A DNA stretch of 64,000 nt, from positions 1-64,000 of the forward strand of contig CAUYUJ010000274.1 of assembly GCA_963575745.1 (NCBI GenBank). Direction: 5' to 3'. Shown here piece by piece: positions 21,960 to 33,492 of this stretch (position 1 is the stretch's first letter; each line of letters opens with the position of its first letter). A program made the translations under genes and the position numbers. Source of the DNA: Prorocentrum cordatum. Its lineage: Eukaryota. Under the pieces are notes generated by a model. That model had not been told where the DNA came from. It saw only the letters and a program-made list of their open reading frames with translations, and searched no databases.

Positions 21960-24900
21960 TGGATGACGATGTGTGCCGAAAACGATGCACCAGGCCAGAA
22001 ACGATAATCATAATGATGGGGGAGAGATGACCGCCACCGATCGCCTCGAGCGAAGATGGGTACAGGCTTTTGGAAACCATTCCCCACCTTCTCGCCAGAC
22101 GGACCCCGCCCCTGGATGAGGTACCCACGCTTGAAATGACTCGCAGGTCCCAGCAACAGTCTCCAAGGACAGGGTCCGGATGTCAAACAGGCAATCGAAA
22201 CACACCGAACAGCACACTTGAAGCACCAAACCATGGGACGGGTGCGTTTCATGGACCCCTTTGGGCTCCCCAAGACAAGGCACGAGAGCCAGATCCCGAA
22301 GACGAGCACGGCGATCCCCGCACCATCCGCACACCCACCACCCCTGGAATCGCTGAATTAAGTGGTCCCCGTCTTCACTTAGGACCAGACTAGGGCCACG
22401 CACAGGCCGTCCCTCAGTCACTTGCTGCACGTCCTTCCATCCTCCTTTTCTTTTTGGCAAAGCCGGAGGATGCGAACCACGCACCTCAGGGTCAGCGGGC
22501 CCGCCGCCTCCCTGAGCTCCCGCAGTTCCTCTTGTGGCCGCTGACGGGGGTGGCAGGCGGCAGCGAGCTTGCCCTCGCCATGCGCGAGGGGATCCAGACT
22601 ATCTTGATCTCCGAGACGCCAATGCCGAGCACGACGTCCCAGAAGATGATCCACAACTCCATGCGCTGCTGCTTGGAGCTGCAGCCGCACGGGCAATATT
22701 CCAACCATGCCTGCTCGAGGTCTGCGTGGCCCGTCACGATCGCGACGCGCCCCTCGGCCTTATGCTGCAGTGCATTGACGACGGCCCAGATCTCACCAGC
22801 ACCTCAGGCTTCCCAAAGGTAGGGCGCGGGCCCCGACGCAGCGGCCACCGCGTCACCCACTTCAATGGCCATCGCGAAAGACGAGCCAGCACGAGCCCGA
22901 ACTTCACTATGAGGGCATACGAAGCTGCCGTCGGCACACACACACACACCAGTCCACTGATCCAGCCACCGACTGCGCACGCATGCCAGTTGAGGAGGTC
23001 CTCCGCGGTCGGCAGAGGCGAGTCGAAGGTAGGATCAGGCATAGGCCCCTTGCACGTGAGCACGGCGATGGGATGCTCCTGTCCGTGCACACGCGTACCC
23101 CGCAACAACAGCCTTCGCGCCTTTGCCGTCCAGCTCTGCCTCTCCACTGCGCGCCAGTCGCACCTGGAGGTCCGATGGGAGCCCGCGCCGCCCTTAACAC
23201 CACAAATCGCACAGATAGGGCTCTCCACTGCCCCAGCTTTGAACCACCGCGCCTGCCATACAAAAACAAGCAGCTAACCATGTCCTGACCAGCCCAGCCC
23301 TTCTGAAATCGCCTCGCCGACGCAGCGCGCCGATGAGGTCTTTGGCAGGCTGCAACAAGGCTGGACCCATGAGCCCCTCCATGCCACGACTCCTGGGGAT
23401 CTCAGCCAACAGGCGCCCCCGGGTAGCTTGATTGACAATCTTCTCGAGCGCAGATGGCCCTGGGCCATGCAAGTCCAGCGCCACTCCGCGTTCAGTAATC
23501 CTGCGATCCCAAGACATAGCTTGCCACCCTAGCCTTTGCCAAGTCATGGTGACCGCACCTGCTGGCCCTTGAACTCCGCCTCAAGACTGAATCTAAGTAT
23601 GCCCGTTCATGAACACCAAAGCCATCGCTGTGCGCCGTGCCAATTCCCCATGTAGAACCAGCCAACGCACCAGTGGGTATTCTTCCGCAACAAAGGCGTG
23701 GTCAGCTCTTGGGCAGCGAGCAAGCTGAAACTCCATTGCACGGCATCTCCCTCTGGCAGTTCCAAGCAGCGCGTGTCCAACAATGGCCCTCGCCTGCGTG
23801 AGCTGCGCGTCCGCCATGCCTTTCACTTTGATTGCGTACGGAGCTGAAAACAGCCCTCCCCCCCCCTCCCCGAAAAGATCTGCCCAACTGCCCCCTAGCA
23901 AGTGCCACTCGTCGGTATGTAGAAATCCTCCTGGATGTCTCTTTGACCCGTGCTCGCTGCATTGACTCAACGCGCAAAAGTCTGGCAGCTGGGGCGATCG
24001 TTCTCAAAACTGGTTCGTGAGATCCTGTTGCTTGAAGGCTGACATCAAACACCCGCGTGATGCTGGGAGACGGCCATGTCGCATAGACTTGATCGCAAGC
24101 CCCAATCGCGAGTAACATCATCATCGTCGCGGCGAAAGAACATCCAGCAATGACGCCGTTGTTCGTCGTAGCGAAGTCAAAATCCAAATTGCCGAATCTC
24201 ATCGCCCATCTGCCCGCGTGCGGCTTGCGAAGCAAAGCGAATCTCGAGCGCTTGACACTTGACTGCACCCAACTCCCCGCAGCATCGCATGCTACAGCTT
24301 CTCAAAAGCCTTCCTGAGATGCCGCATAACCGTGGCAGTACACGCCGGTCGGAAGAAGTCGGTAAACATATGAAGTAGGAAAGCGGATCAAGTAGGTTGG
24401 GTTCAGGTCCTCCCAGAGAATTATAAAACACAGCAAAAGCATGCCGACTCTTGCACTAGGAAGGCGCTTGAACTAGATTGGGATCTGGGTGGATGCCTTT
24501 TGAACGCAAGGCCTGCATCGGCCAGGACGGATTGTGCCCAAACCGCCTGCTCAAAGCTCCTCCCCGCTGTAGCAGTGTGATAACTCGTGACATGTGCTCC
24601 GAGCCACTCGTCCTGGTCCCGCTTGTGGCACTTGCTGTATACTCCCAGCGTGTCTGTGAGCAAACCAACGAAGTGATGCCCACATCGTGGCTTGGACAAC
24701 CTGGGCATGATGGTTGTGATCATCTGCGGTGGCAGCTCACCTATAGCTCAGGGCTGAACCTGAACGGTGTTGTTCGTGTTCGTTTTGTGTTCGTGTTCCC
24801 TCGCTTTTGTCTCGAATTCCCTCTTTATAACGCAAAACGAAGTCGAAACGAAAACGGCCCACGAAATCACCAAAAACACCGTTTAGGTCCAGCCCTGCTA

Positions 24901-25390
24901 TAGCTTCCGCAACCATCATGATGTCAGCGAAGGCCTCCAGCGAACCACCTGACAACAGCGCCATGCTCCGCAGCCCGAGGTTGTCCATCCCGGGGTCCGT
25001 ACCACGCTTGAAACTGCTGGCCACTTCCCTGATCTGCCCCGCATCTAGCACCTGCACCTCTTCCAACGGCATCTACAAGCGTAGCCCAACACCAAAACCC
25101 TCTTTTCCATCGCATACTCCCCGTGTCTCCTTCCATTCCCCCATGTCAGAATTCAGCTTGGAAGCGCGAGATTGAATCTCAAGCGCTGGATGGAGATCAG
25201 CCTGCTGCCAATATGTAGGTAGCTTCGACCAGCTGTGTGCTTGATCGCCGCCACTCTTAACAGCCTCAGAAACTAGCACCTCCACTGTCGTACCCGACTC
25301 CTGGCGAACTATTGCTCGATCCTGGTCGCTTCCATCGATGCACTCCAACTTGCATCTCTGAGCCAGTCCACGTCGCACGAAAACTCAATA
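21960..25390 (-). mobile_element. Degraded 5'-truncated LINE (RT and C-terminal Cys/His fingers), many stops and frameshifts
   Basis: Fragments FKRGTDPGMDNLGLRSMALLS, ELPPQMITTIMPRLSKP..HHFVGLL, NNGVIAGCSFA, SPICAICG..SHRTSRC and HPSHGLVL..VCFDC are collinear with ORF2 of the intact LINE. Confidence 0.8.
24749..24897. mobile_element. hAT-like MITE family C (CAGGGCTG..AACGGTG TIR, 8-bp TSD) nested in the degraded LINE RT
   Basis: TSD CTATAGCT at 24741-24748 and 24898-24905. Excising it restores AEAIGELPPQM. Confidence 0.88.
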
Positions 25391-26596
25391 GTATCTGTAG
25401 CAGCAGGAGGAGGAGTAGCAGGAGGAGGAGGGGGCAGGAGGAGGAGGAGGAGGGGGAATAGGAGGAGGACGAGGGGGAGGAGGAGGAGGAAGAAGTAGAC
25501 GGACGATAGAGAGGGGGGGGGAGGGCGAAAACCGTCAAGCCAGCTCGAACGTCGATTCTCCCCTTTCTTCTCATGCGTGTTCTTTGGACAGAAGGGTGGT
25601 CTGCAGGCAGGCCTCCGGAAGCAAGCGGACATCGACGGTCGGACTCGGAGGACCTCTGGCGCCACACGCACACACACACAACTTAGCTTGCATGGGTATA
25701 GTATCCTCCTGCCTCCTGCCTCCTCCTGGATCCTGCCTCCTGCCTCCTCCTCCTCCTGCCTCCAACTCCTCCTACTCCTGCCGCCTCCTCCTATCTGTTC
25801 CTCCTCCTGCCTCCTGCTCATTATCCTGACCCCCCTTTCTCCTCCTCCTCCTCCTCCTCCTCCTCCGCGTCTTCCTCCTCCAACTCCTTTTTCCCATCCT
25901 GTCTCCTCCTCTTCCTCCTCCCGCCATATCCTCCTGTCTCCTTCTCATCGCCGTCGTCGTCGTCCTCCTCCTCCTCCTCACTCCGCCCGCTTCTCCGCCT
26001 CCTCGGCCTGCTCCGCCTCCTCTCCGCCGCCTCCTCAGCCTCCTCCTTAATCCTTGGGCTTCATGCTTCTTCCTGGGCCCTCACGCCTCCTGGGGGCTTC
26101 CTGCTGCCTCCCCGATCCTCCTGGGGTCTGCGGACCGAAGCCTCCAGAAGCCTCCTGACCGAATGTATGATCCTGAAGTTTGGAGTGTGCAACAGCTTGA
26201 AGGATACAGGGCGGCCGGCTTTCGAAATGTAGCTCTCGCCTTAGCGCCGCGCGCAGTCGTCTTGAATGAAGGCAACACCTGCAGGGAGTGAGGGCAGCTG
26301 GCTTCCAAAATATGGCGCTCGCCTTAGCTCCGCACGCATTCGTTTCAAACGGTTGCAGCATTTTCACGGACTCGCAAGGTTCAAGTGCCAGGACTGGTGT
26401 TCTGACACGGTTTAGGATTGCCAGGACGCAACAATCACGCTAGCTCGCGGAGATAACGTCCAAGGGATTGCGTGCTGACGCGGATTAGGATTGTCAGGAC
26501 GCAGCGACCACGGTGAAGTACCAGAAATTAAATGTTGGCACGACTGTAGACGCTTGTCCTACGATGGGGAACGTCCCGCAATGGAAGCATCTTCTA

Positions 26597-26804
26597 AGTA
26601 CGAAGAGGGAGCTTTGCTGATGTCTGTATCGCAACATTGTTGGTGCATCTTGGATTTACACTGGTCCTCCTCCTTCTTCTCCGCATGATCCTCGTCCTAG
26701 TACGAAGAGGGAGCTTTGCTGATGTCTGTATCGCAACATTGTTGGTGCATCTTGGATTTACACTGGTCCGCCTCCTTCTTCTCCGCATGATCCTCGTCCT
26801 AGTA
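26597..26804. repeat. 102-bp tandem duplication (2 copies, nearly identical)
   Basis: AGTACGAAGAGGGAGCTTTGCTGATG...ATGATCCTCGTCCT occurs twice. Confidence 0.9.
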
Positions 26805-27413
26805 TCAGTAAGAGTAATAGTATGGCGGTGATTATGATTATGAGTATGATTATGATGCTTGATGTTAGAATTCGCACTCTTATGAATAATAGTGTAGGTA
26901 GTATGAATAGTCAGATCCTTACACATATCGGTAAACTGATTACCAATATTTATTTCATGTCCTTGGCATTAGTATTGGCATTAGCAGTATGAGTAGTATC
27001 ATTACGATGGCTGCTGATAGTATTCGTGTTCTTATTACTAAATCGTATCATTATTCCTTCTCGTCCTCCTCCTCAGCCTCGTCCTCGTCCTCGTCCTCCT
27101 GCTCCTCTTCCTCGTTGCCCCCCTCCTCCTCCTCCTTCTCCTCGTCCTCCTCCTCTTCTCCCTCCTCCTCCTCTCCCTCCTCCATCCCCCCCCCTCCTCC
27201 TCTTCCTCCCTCCCCCTCTCCTCCCTCACCCCTCCCCCGTCCTTGTCCTTCCCAGGGCGCCCCCTCCCCCCCCCTCCCCCTCTCCTCCCCCCAGGCGGGC
27301 TCCCCGAACAGGGCAGGGCTTGCTCCCCCGCCGACGGGGCGCACGCGTGCGCGGGTCGACGTTTGCGGGACACACCGCCCGCGGCGCGGAGGACGCGCCC
27401 GGTCTCCGCGCGG

Positions 27414-27484
<71 letters not shown>

Positions 27485-30289
27485 GGTCGTCGTCGTATGG
27501 AGAAGGGGGGGGAGGGAAGGATCAGGTGGGAAGGGGGAAGATGTGGGTCGGGGGGAAGAGGTGGGGGAGGAGTGAGTGCGAGGAGGGGGAGATTGAGAGA
27601 AAGAAAAGGAGCAGGAGGACGAGGAGGGAGAGGCACGAGGATCGAACATCTCTGGGGTCCTCGGAAACCTCTGGGCACGAGAAGACTTCTGGTCGTCGTT
27701 GTCGCAAATGTGACACACGAAGGCGTGATGCAATGATTTCAGAGGCGCCACGGTTGGGCGTCCCTCTTTCACACGCGCGAAAAGGAGTACGGCCATTCGA
27801 AGGAGGAGGAGGGGGAGGAGGAGGAGGAGGAGAAGGAAGGGGTGGAGAAAGGATGACGACGAGGACGGGAAGAGGGACGAGGACAGAGGTGGAGGAACAC
27901 GAGCAGGAAAGAAGATAGAGGTCTGACAAAAGAGGAAGAAGAGGGGGAGGAGGAGGAAGACGCGGAGGAGGAGGAGGAGGAGGAGGAGGAGGAGGACGCG
28001 GAAGAGGAGGAGGCGGAGGGGGAGGAGGAGGAGGAGAATGATGAGGAGAGAAGAAAAGCAGGATGAGTCGCGAGGACGAGGGACAAGGAACGGGACGGGG
28101 GGGAAGGAAGGAACCAGGAGAGGGGAGGTGGGAGGAGGATGACGAGAAGGAGCCTGGCGCAAGTGCATGACGGGGGGGGGAGGATGACCAGCAGCAGCAG
28201 CAGGAGCAGCAGGAGGACCGTCGGGAGCAACGCCGGCGAAGAAGGGCGGCCGACGGGCCCGCGCACCCGTGGCGGTTGCCGCGGGCTTTTGCGCCGTGGC
28301 GCGGAGGCAAAGACGCTGCCCACGGCTGGGCCCTTTGGGCCCTCGCCGGGCAGCTTTCCCTCCTCCTCCTCCTCCTCCTCCTCCTCCTCCCCTCCTCCTC
28401 CTCCTCGTCCTCCTCCTCCCCCTCCTGCTCCTCGTCCTTCTCGTCCTCCTCCTCCTCCTCCTCGTCCTTCTCGTCCTCCTCCTCTTCCTCCTCCTTTTCC
28501 TGCTCCTCGTCTTCCTACTCCTCCTCTTGGCTGGCTGGCTAGGTGGCAGGTTGGCCCCTCCTCCTCCTCCTCCTCCTCCCTCCTCCTCCTCCCCTGCTCC
28601 CCCTCCTCCTCCTCGTCCTCCTCTTCCCCCTCCTGCTCCTCGTCCTTCTCGTCCTCCTCCTCTCGTCCTTCTCGTCTCTCCTCTTCCTCCTTTTCCTGCT
28701 CCTCGTCCTCCTACTCCTCCTCCTGGCTGGCTGGCTGGGTGGCAGGTTGGCCCCTCCTCCTCCTCTCTTTCTCCTCCTCCTCCTCTCCTCCTCCTCCTCC
28801 TCCTCCTCCCTCCTCCTCCTCCTCCCGTCCTCTTCCTCCTCCTCTCCTCCTCCTCCTCTCGTCCTCCTCGTCCTCGTCCTCGTCCACGTCCTCGTCGTCC
28901 TCCTCCTCCTGTTCGTGTTCCTCCTCCTCCCCCACCCCTCGTCCCCCTCCCACAATTGATCGTCCGTTCCGGTCTCCTCGCCCACCACCTCCTGTTCCTC
29001 CTCCTATTCCTCCTCCTTCATCCTGTTCCGTAGTGTAGCCAACGTGGACCCCGAACAGTGTGTTTCTAGCAGCTCACGTTGTGCAATCTATGTGGTGCGA
29101 TCTATAGTGTGCAAGCACTCTCTGTTCGCAGTGAATTTGTCCACGCCACTGCTCGCGCAAGCACCCCACCCACCCATCCAAAGCTTGATTTGCAAAGCCC
29201 ATGCGACGGAGATTGCGATGAACTAGCCCGCGCACGTTCGCGCGCGCAACGGACATATGGTTTGGCGCTACGATCGCGGCCGCGGTGGCGCTGACCGCTC
29301 GGCACCTCCCAGCGGGCATTTCAGTGCGAGTCGGCAACTTGGGCGGGCGCGGTAGCATGGCTATGTCGACAACGACGACGGCGAGGCCAATGACGGCGCC
29401 GATGCTGACCACGCCGATAACGGTAACGATGTCTTCGCGTCGGCGATGAAGGTGTTCGACATGCGCGCGCGGGCGACGCGCACGAGTGGCCCGCGGGTTA
29501 TTTGACACGGATCGTGCCCCCCTCCCCCAGCACGCGAGCAAGATCGTTTGAATGAGTTCGACATGCGACGCGAAAAAATCCGTTTGGCAGAATTTGATGA
29601 GCATGTTGGAAAACCTGTGGTTTTCTTAAGAACTCCTTAGAACGCGGGCGCAGGGTTCCTTCAACACTGATGCTGCAAGACCATGTGTTTGATATGTTTT
29701 CGGGACACTCGGTTTTGAAATTCCTGCGAACCAGAAAAGGTTGTTGACGGATTCTGGCATTCTAGCGCGACCACACGCGCGTGCGCACGTCGTCCCGTTT
29801 TCTGCCAGGGATTCTTGCGACAGCACGCAAACAAGGGCGTTCGAACGATTTCGACACGCGCGCGCGAGAGGCCAATTTGAAAGCATGTCATTCAAATGTT
29901 TTGTTTGAATATTCGTGTTGCGAATCTATGTGTTTTCTTTGTTTCCGTGACACTCGATTTCGACATCCGTGCGAACCCTCAGGCTTTCGAACGATTCAGG
30001 CATGCGCGCGCGACGACGCTCGCGTGTGCACTTCGTCATATCTGTTGCCAGGACTCTTGACAAGTGATGACTTTTGATAAACAAGTGCGCGCGCATAAGA
30101 TTTGCTGCAAATGAGGAGAGGGGAACTCCGATATGGCCAAGATGGTACGACTTCATATGTAGAGTGGGCGATGGAACAGAGTCGTCTGTAAATTGCAATC
30201 CGAAAAGGTGTACCGTAAACCCTGGGGGGAATCCTCATGTTAAAAAAATGTGTTGTGCGACGTCTGTTGTGCAGTTTCTGTGATCGGGA

Positions 30290-30745
30290 CTATGAGGTGC
30301 TCAACACGTGCGAGGTGGGTGGGAAGTGGCAGCGGTTGATGCGGCTGCTGAGCATCCTGAGGGATGCGAAGCTAGCATCAACCGTCGTCGCCCTACCTGT
30401 CTGGAGCAGTACGTGCGAAAAGGACGAGCAGTGGCAGCAGGCAGACTGTTTCTGAACACCGAACCTTGACCCCATCTCCTAAGAGCGCTGGTGCCGGCGC
30501 GTGCGAGAAGGGCGAGCAGCTTTGGACTGTTCAGTCACTGCTGAGCGCACTGTGGGAGCCGAAGTTTGGGTCGAACGTCTCCAGCTACAACGCTCGGAAC
30601 AGTAGGTGCGAGAAGGACAGACATGAGCAGGGAAACGCCGCTGCTGGGCGAGATGGCAAAAACGACGTGTGAGCCGAGCGTCGTCCGCTACAAAGCCCGG
30701 ACCAACACGTGCGAGGGGGCGAGAGGTGGCAGCGGGCACGCTTTT
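30290..30745 (+). pseudogene. Degenerate pentatricopeptide-repeat (PPR) relic, about 4-5 repeats
   Basis: TCEVGGKWQRLMRLLSILRDAKL; SAGAGACEKGEQLWTVQSLLSALWEPKFGSNVSSYNA; LLGEMAKTTCEPSVVRY. Contains stops and frameshifts. Confidence 0.75.
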
Positions 30746-33327
30746 GGTTGGAGCAACCCGCGGTCCCCTCGGCATGTTCCCAACCGTTTCATTGTATTCA
30801 ATCAGCTGGCCTGTCAGCGTCTAGTGTCAGCGGCCCGTCGGATCGCTCTCCGCTGCTGCGTCGCAATGGGCAAGTTTAGAGGTGTGCCTGGGCCAAGGCT
30901 GGAGAAATCCTTGCGCAGATTTCCCCGAGCTCCGTGCACAGTGCCACGCTTCTCCCACTCGCATGGTACCGGATAGGTGTTGCTTCATTTCTTCGCAATT
31001 TGTTTACGCCGTACGTCGTACGTCGTACGCCGTAGGTTTGTGGATGACACGACAATGGGCACCCGAAGAGTCCAAACATTGAATGTTCATTGTGTTGAAA
31101 ATACGTAAACATGTTCTTAAACAGTCAAACATGGTTTTTACACATTTACATGTTTGAAACATATTTTCGACATCTGGACATTTGGCACCATGCTTCCTAT
31201 CCATTAGTCGACTTCCACAACCTAGGTCGCATTTCTCCTTGGTCTATTCGCCGCACGTCCATCCGATACTCGTGGGTGTATTGGCTGGTGGCGACAGCCA
31301 CCTGGTGGGCAGCGCGTGCAGAAAACCTGTCTGTACCGGCGACTCGTTTCCTCATAATGCTACCGCTTTTGCAGATGTGTGCGTTTGCGTCGCTGGTGGG
31401 AAGGCGTGCAATTCAAGCCTCAATGGATCCTGGTGTGAGGTACTCGTGCGAGGTATCGATTTGTGCATGGACAGAACACCTGGGCGGCACAACCCGAAGG
31501 GAGGTGCCCAAGGTGCCTGCATGAATTCACATGCAGCCAGACCTCGCAACATGAACGGCGGCACAGACCCGCCCCAGGCGTCACATCTGCGCGTTTCCTG
31601 GTCCTGCCGCTCAGTTGCAGGACTAGGCCGTGGTGTCCGCCTTCCCGTTCGCCTTCTCCGTCGGCAAACTCAGGGGGGGGGGCGCGTGGTTTCCTTGACA
31701 TAGACACCGTCATGTTGCTATTCCTATTCCTCCTGCACCTCCTCCTCCTCCTCCCCCATCCGCCTCCTTCTCCCCCTCCTTATCCCCCTCCTTTCCCCCT
31801 CCTCCTCCCCTCCCCCTCCTCCTTCCTCCCCCTCCTCCTCCTCCTCCTCCTCCTCCTCCTCTCCTCCTCCTCCTACTCGTCCGTCCTTCTCCCCTCAACT
31901 TCCCCACCTCCTCTTTCCTCTCTCCTCTTTCCTCCTCCTCCTCCTCCTCCTCCTCTTCGAACATCCGTGCTCTTTCCCATTGCCCCTCCACTTGCCGAGC
32001 GTCGTGTGAGTGCCCGTGGAAGGCGAGGGGCGTCAGACGGGGAAGTGGAGGGGGATGGAAAGGGCTCCCGAAGAGGATGAACCGAGGGATGGACAAGGGG
32101 GGGTTGAGGGTAGGTCGACAGCGGGCGAACGGGGGGCTGAACGGGTGGCATTGCTCCTCCGTCTTCCTTCCTCGCGCTCCATCCCCCCTCTCCATCATCC
32201 CCTCCAGCGCCCTCCAGCTAGGCCCCTTATCGTAGATACTCGTCCCTCTTACGCTCCCTCCTCCTCCTCCTCCTCCTCCTCCTCCCTCCTCCTTCTCTGC
32301 CTCCTCCTCCTCCTCCCCATTAATATTATCATCCTCCCCCTCCTCCATAATGTCCTCCTCCTCCTCCTCCTCCTCCTCCTCCTCCTCCTCCTCTTCCTCC
32401 TCCTCCTCCTCCTCCTCCTCCTCCTCCTCCTCCTCCTCCTCCCCCACAATGTCCTCCTCCTCCTCGTCCTCCTCCTCCTCGCCCTCTCGCCCCTCCTCCC
32501 TCTCCGCTGGCGCGGGTGAGAATGCCTGAGCATGCTCGCGGCCTGACCCCCCGCGGCGCCGGCGTCACCACCCTGGCGGGACAATCCTGCACACGAGGCG
32601 GGAGAAAACGGCGGGTGAGGGCGGGGGCGGACGGGGTAGGGCAGGGGGCGGAGGGGTGAGGGCCAAGGGGGGGGGGGGGCAAGGGGGGGGGGGCCGAGGG
32701 GAGGAGCACGGGGGAGTGCCTGAAGGGGGCCGTGAGGGGACGTGAGGGGGAGGGCCGTGCCGCTCGGGGCCGTGCCGCTCGGGGCGGAGGGGACAAAATG
32801 ATTGGTTTCTGCGTGCCCAAACGTTTTCATCTGCGGAGCTGGGCGCCCTGGCGCGAGCGGCCGAGCGACCCCTGCAGCAGGACGCTCTGGCAACGCGGCT
32901 GGCCGCCACAAAGATCCTCGAATTGACGCTGACCGCGCAGAGGCGCCCGCGCAAACGCGGCGACGGCCGAGCAGGGGGAGGGCAAGGGGGGGGGGGCCGA
33001 GGGAAGGAGGAGCACGGGGGAGTGCCGGCAGGGGACATGGGGGAGGAGCATGGGGGAGGAGAAGGAGGAGGAGGAGGAGGAGGAGGAGGAGGAGGACATT
33101 GTGAGGAGGAGGAGGAGGAGGAGGAGAGGAGGAGGAGAGGAGGAGGAGGAGGGGAGGAGGAGGAGGAGGAGGAGGAGTGCCTGCAGGGCGCATGAGGGGG
33201 GGGGGGGGGACGTGAGGGGGCGGGCCGTGCCGCTCGGGGCCGATCCAGGAGATCCGCGCGCAGCTCCGAGAGCGCATGTCTGCGCAGCTGTTTGCTCTTC
33301 GGCTGTCGTCCTGAGCCACTGACTGCC

Positions 33328-33492
33328 AGTGGACAGAACCCCCCTTCTTTCACAAAACGTGGCTTCGTGAACGCGACCTCGGGCCCGAACCTGGCGGGCG
33401 CAGGCCTGGACAATGACGGCCGCGGCACCCTCTCGAGGACCGAAGACGGACAACTCACCAATCGACGTGCAGTGGTGGGGGTCCTGTTCACC
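33328..33492. mobile_element. MITE family D (GTGGACAGAACCCCC...GGGGGTTCTGTCCAC-type TIR); copies ~46685-46853, 56463-56630, 59020-59188
   Basis: Shared internal CCGAAAACGG.CAATTCACTAATCGACGTG. The 56.5k and 59.1k copies are nearly identical. Confidence 0.75.

Noticed and set aside
28340..28800. TGGCTGGCTGGCT.GGTGGCAGGTTGGCCCC repeat as the TSD of a CCT insertion
   Set aside because: The adjacent CCT pattern is duplicated too, so it is a ~200-bp tandem duplication.
32522..32586. Candidate further exon (G)LSRQGGDAGAAGGQAASML(R) on the - strand
   Set aside because: The acceptor is good and its phase fits TUTase exon 8, but there is no protein motif to confirm it. Left uncalled.
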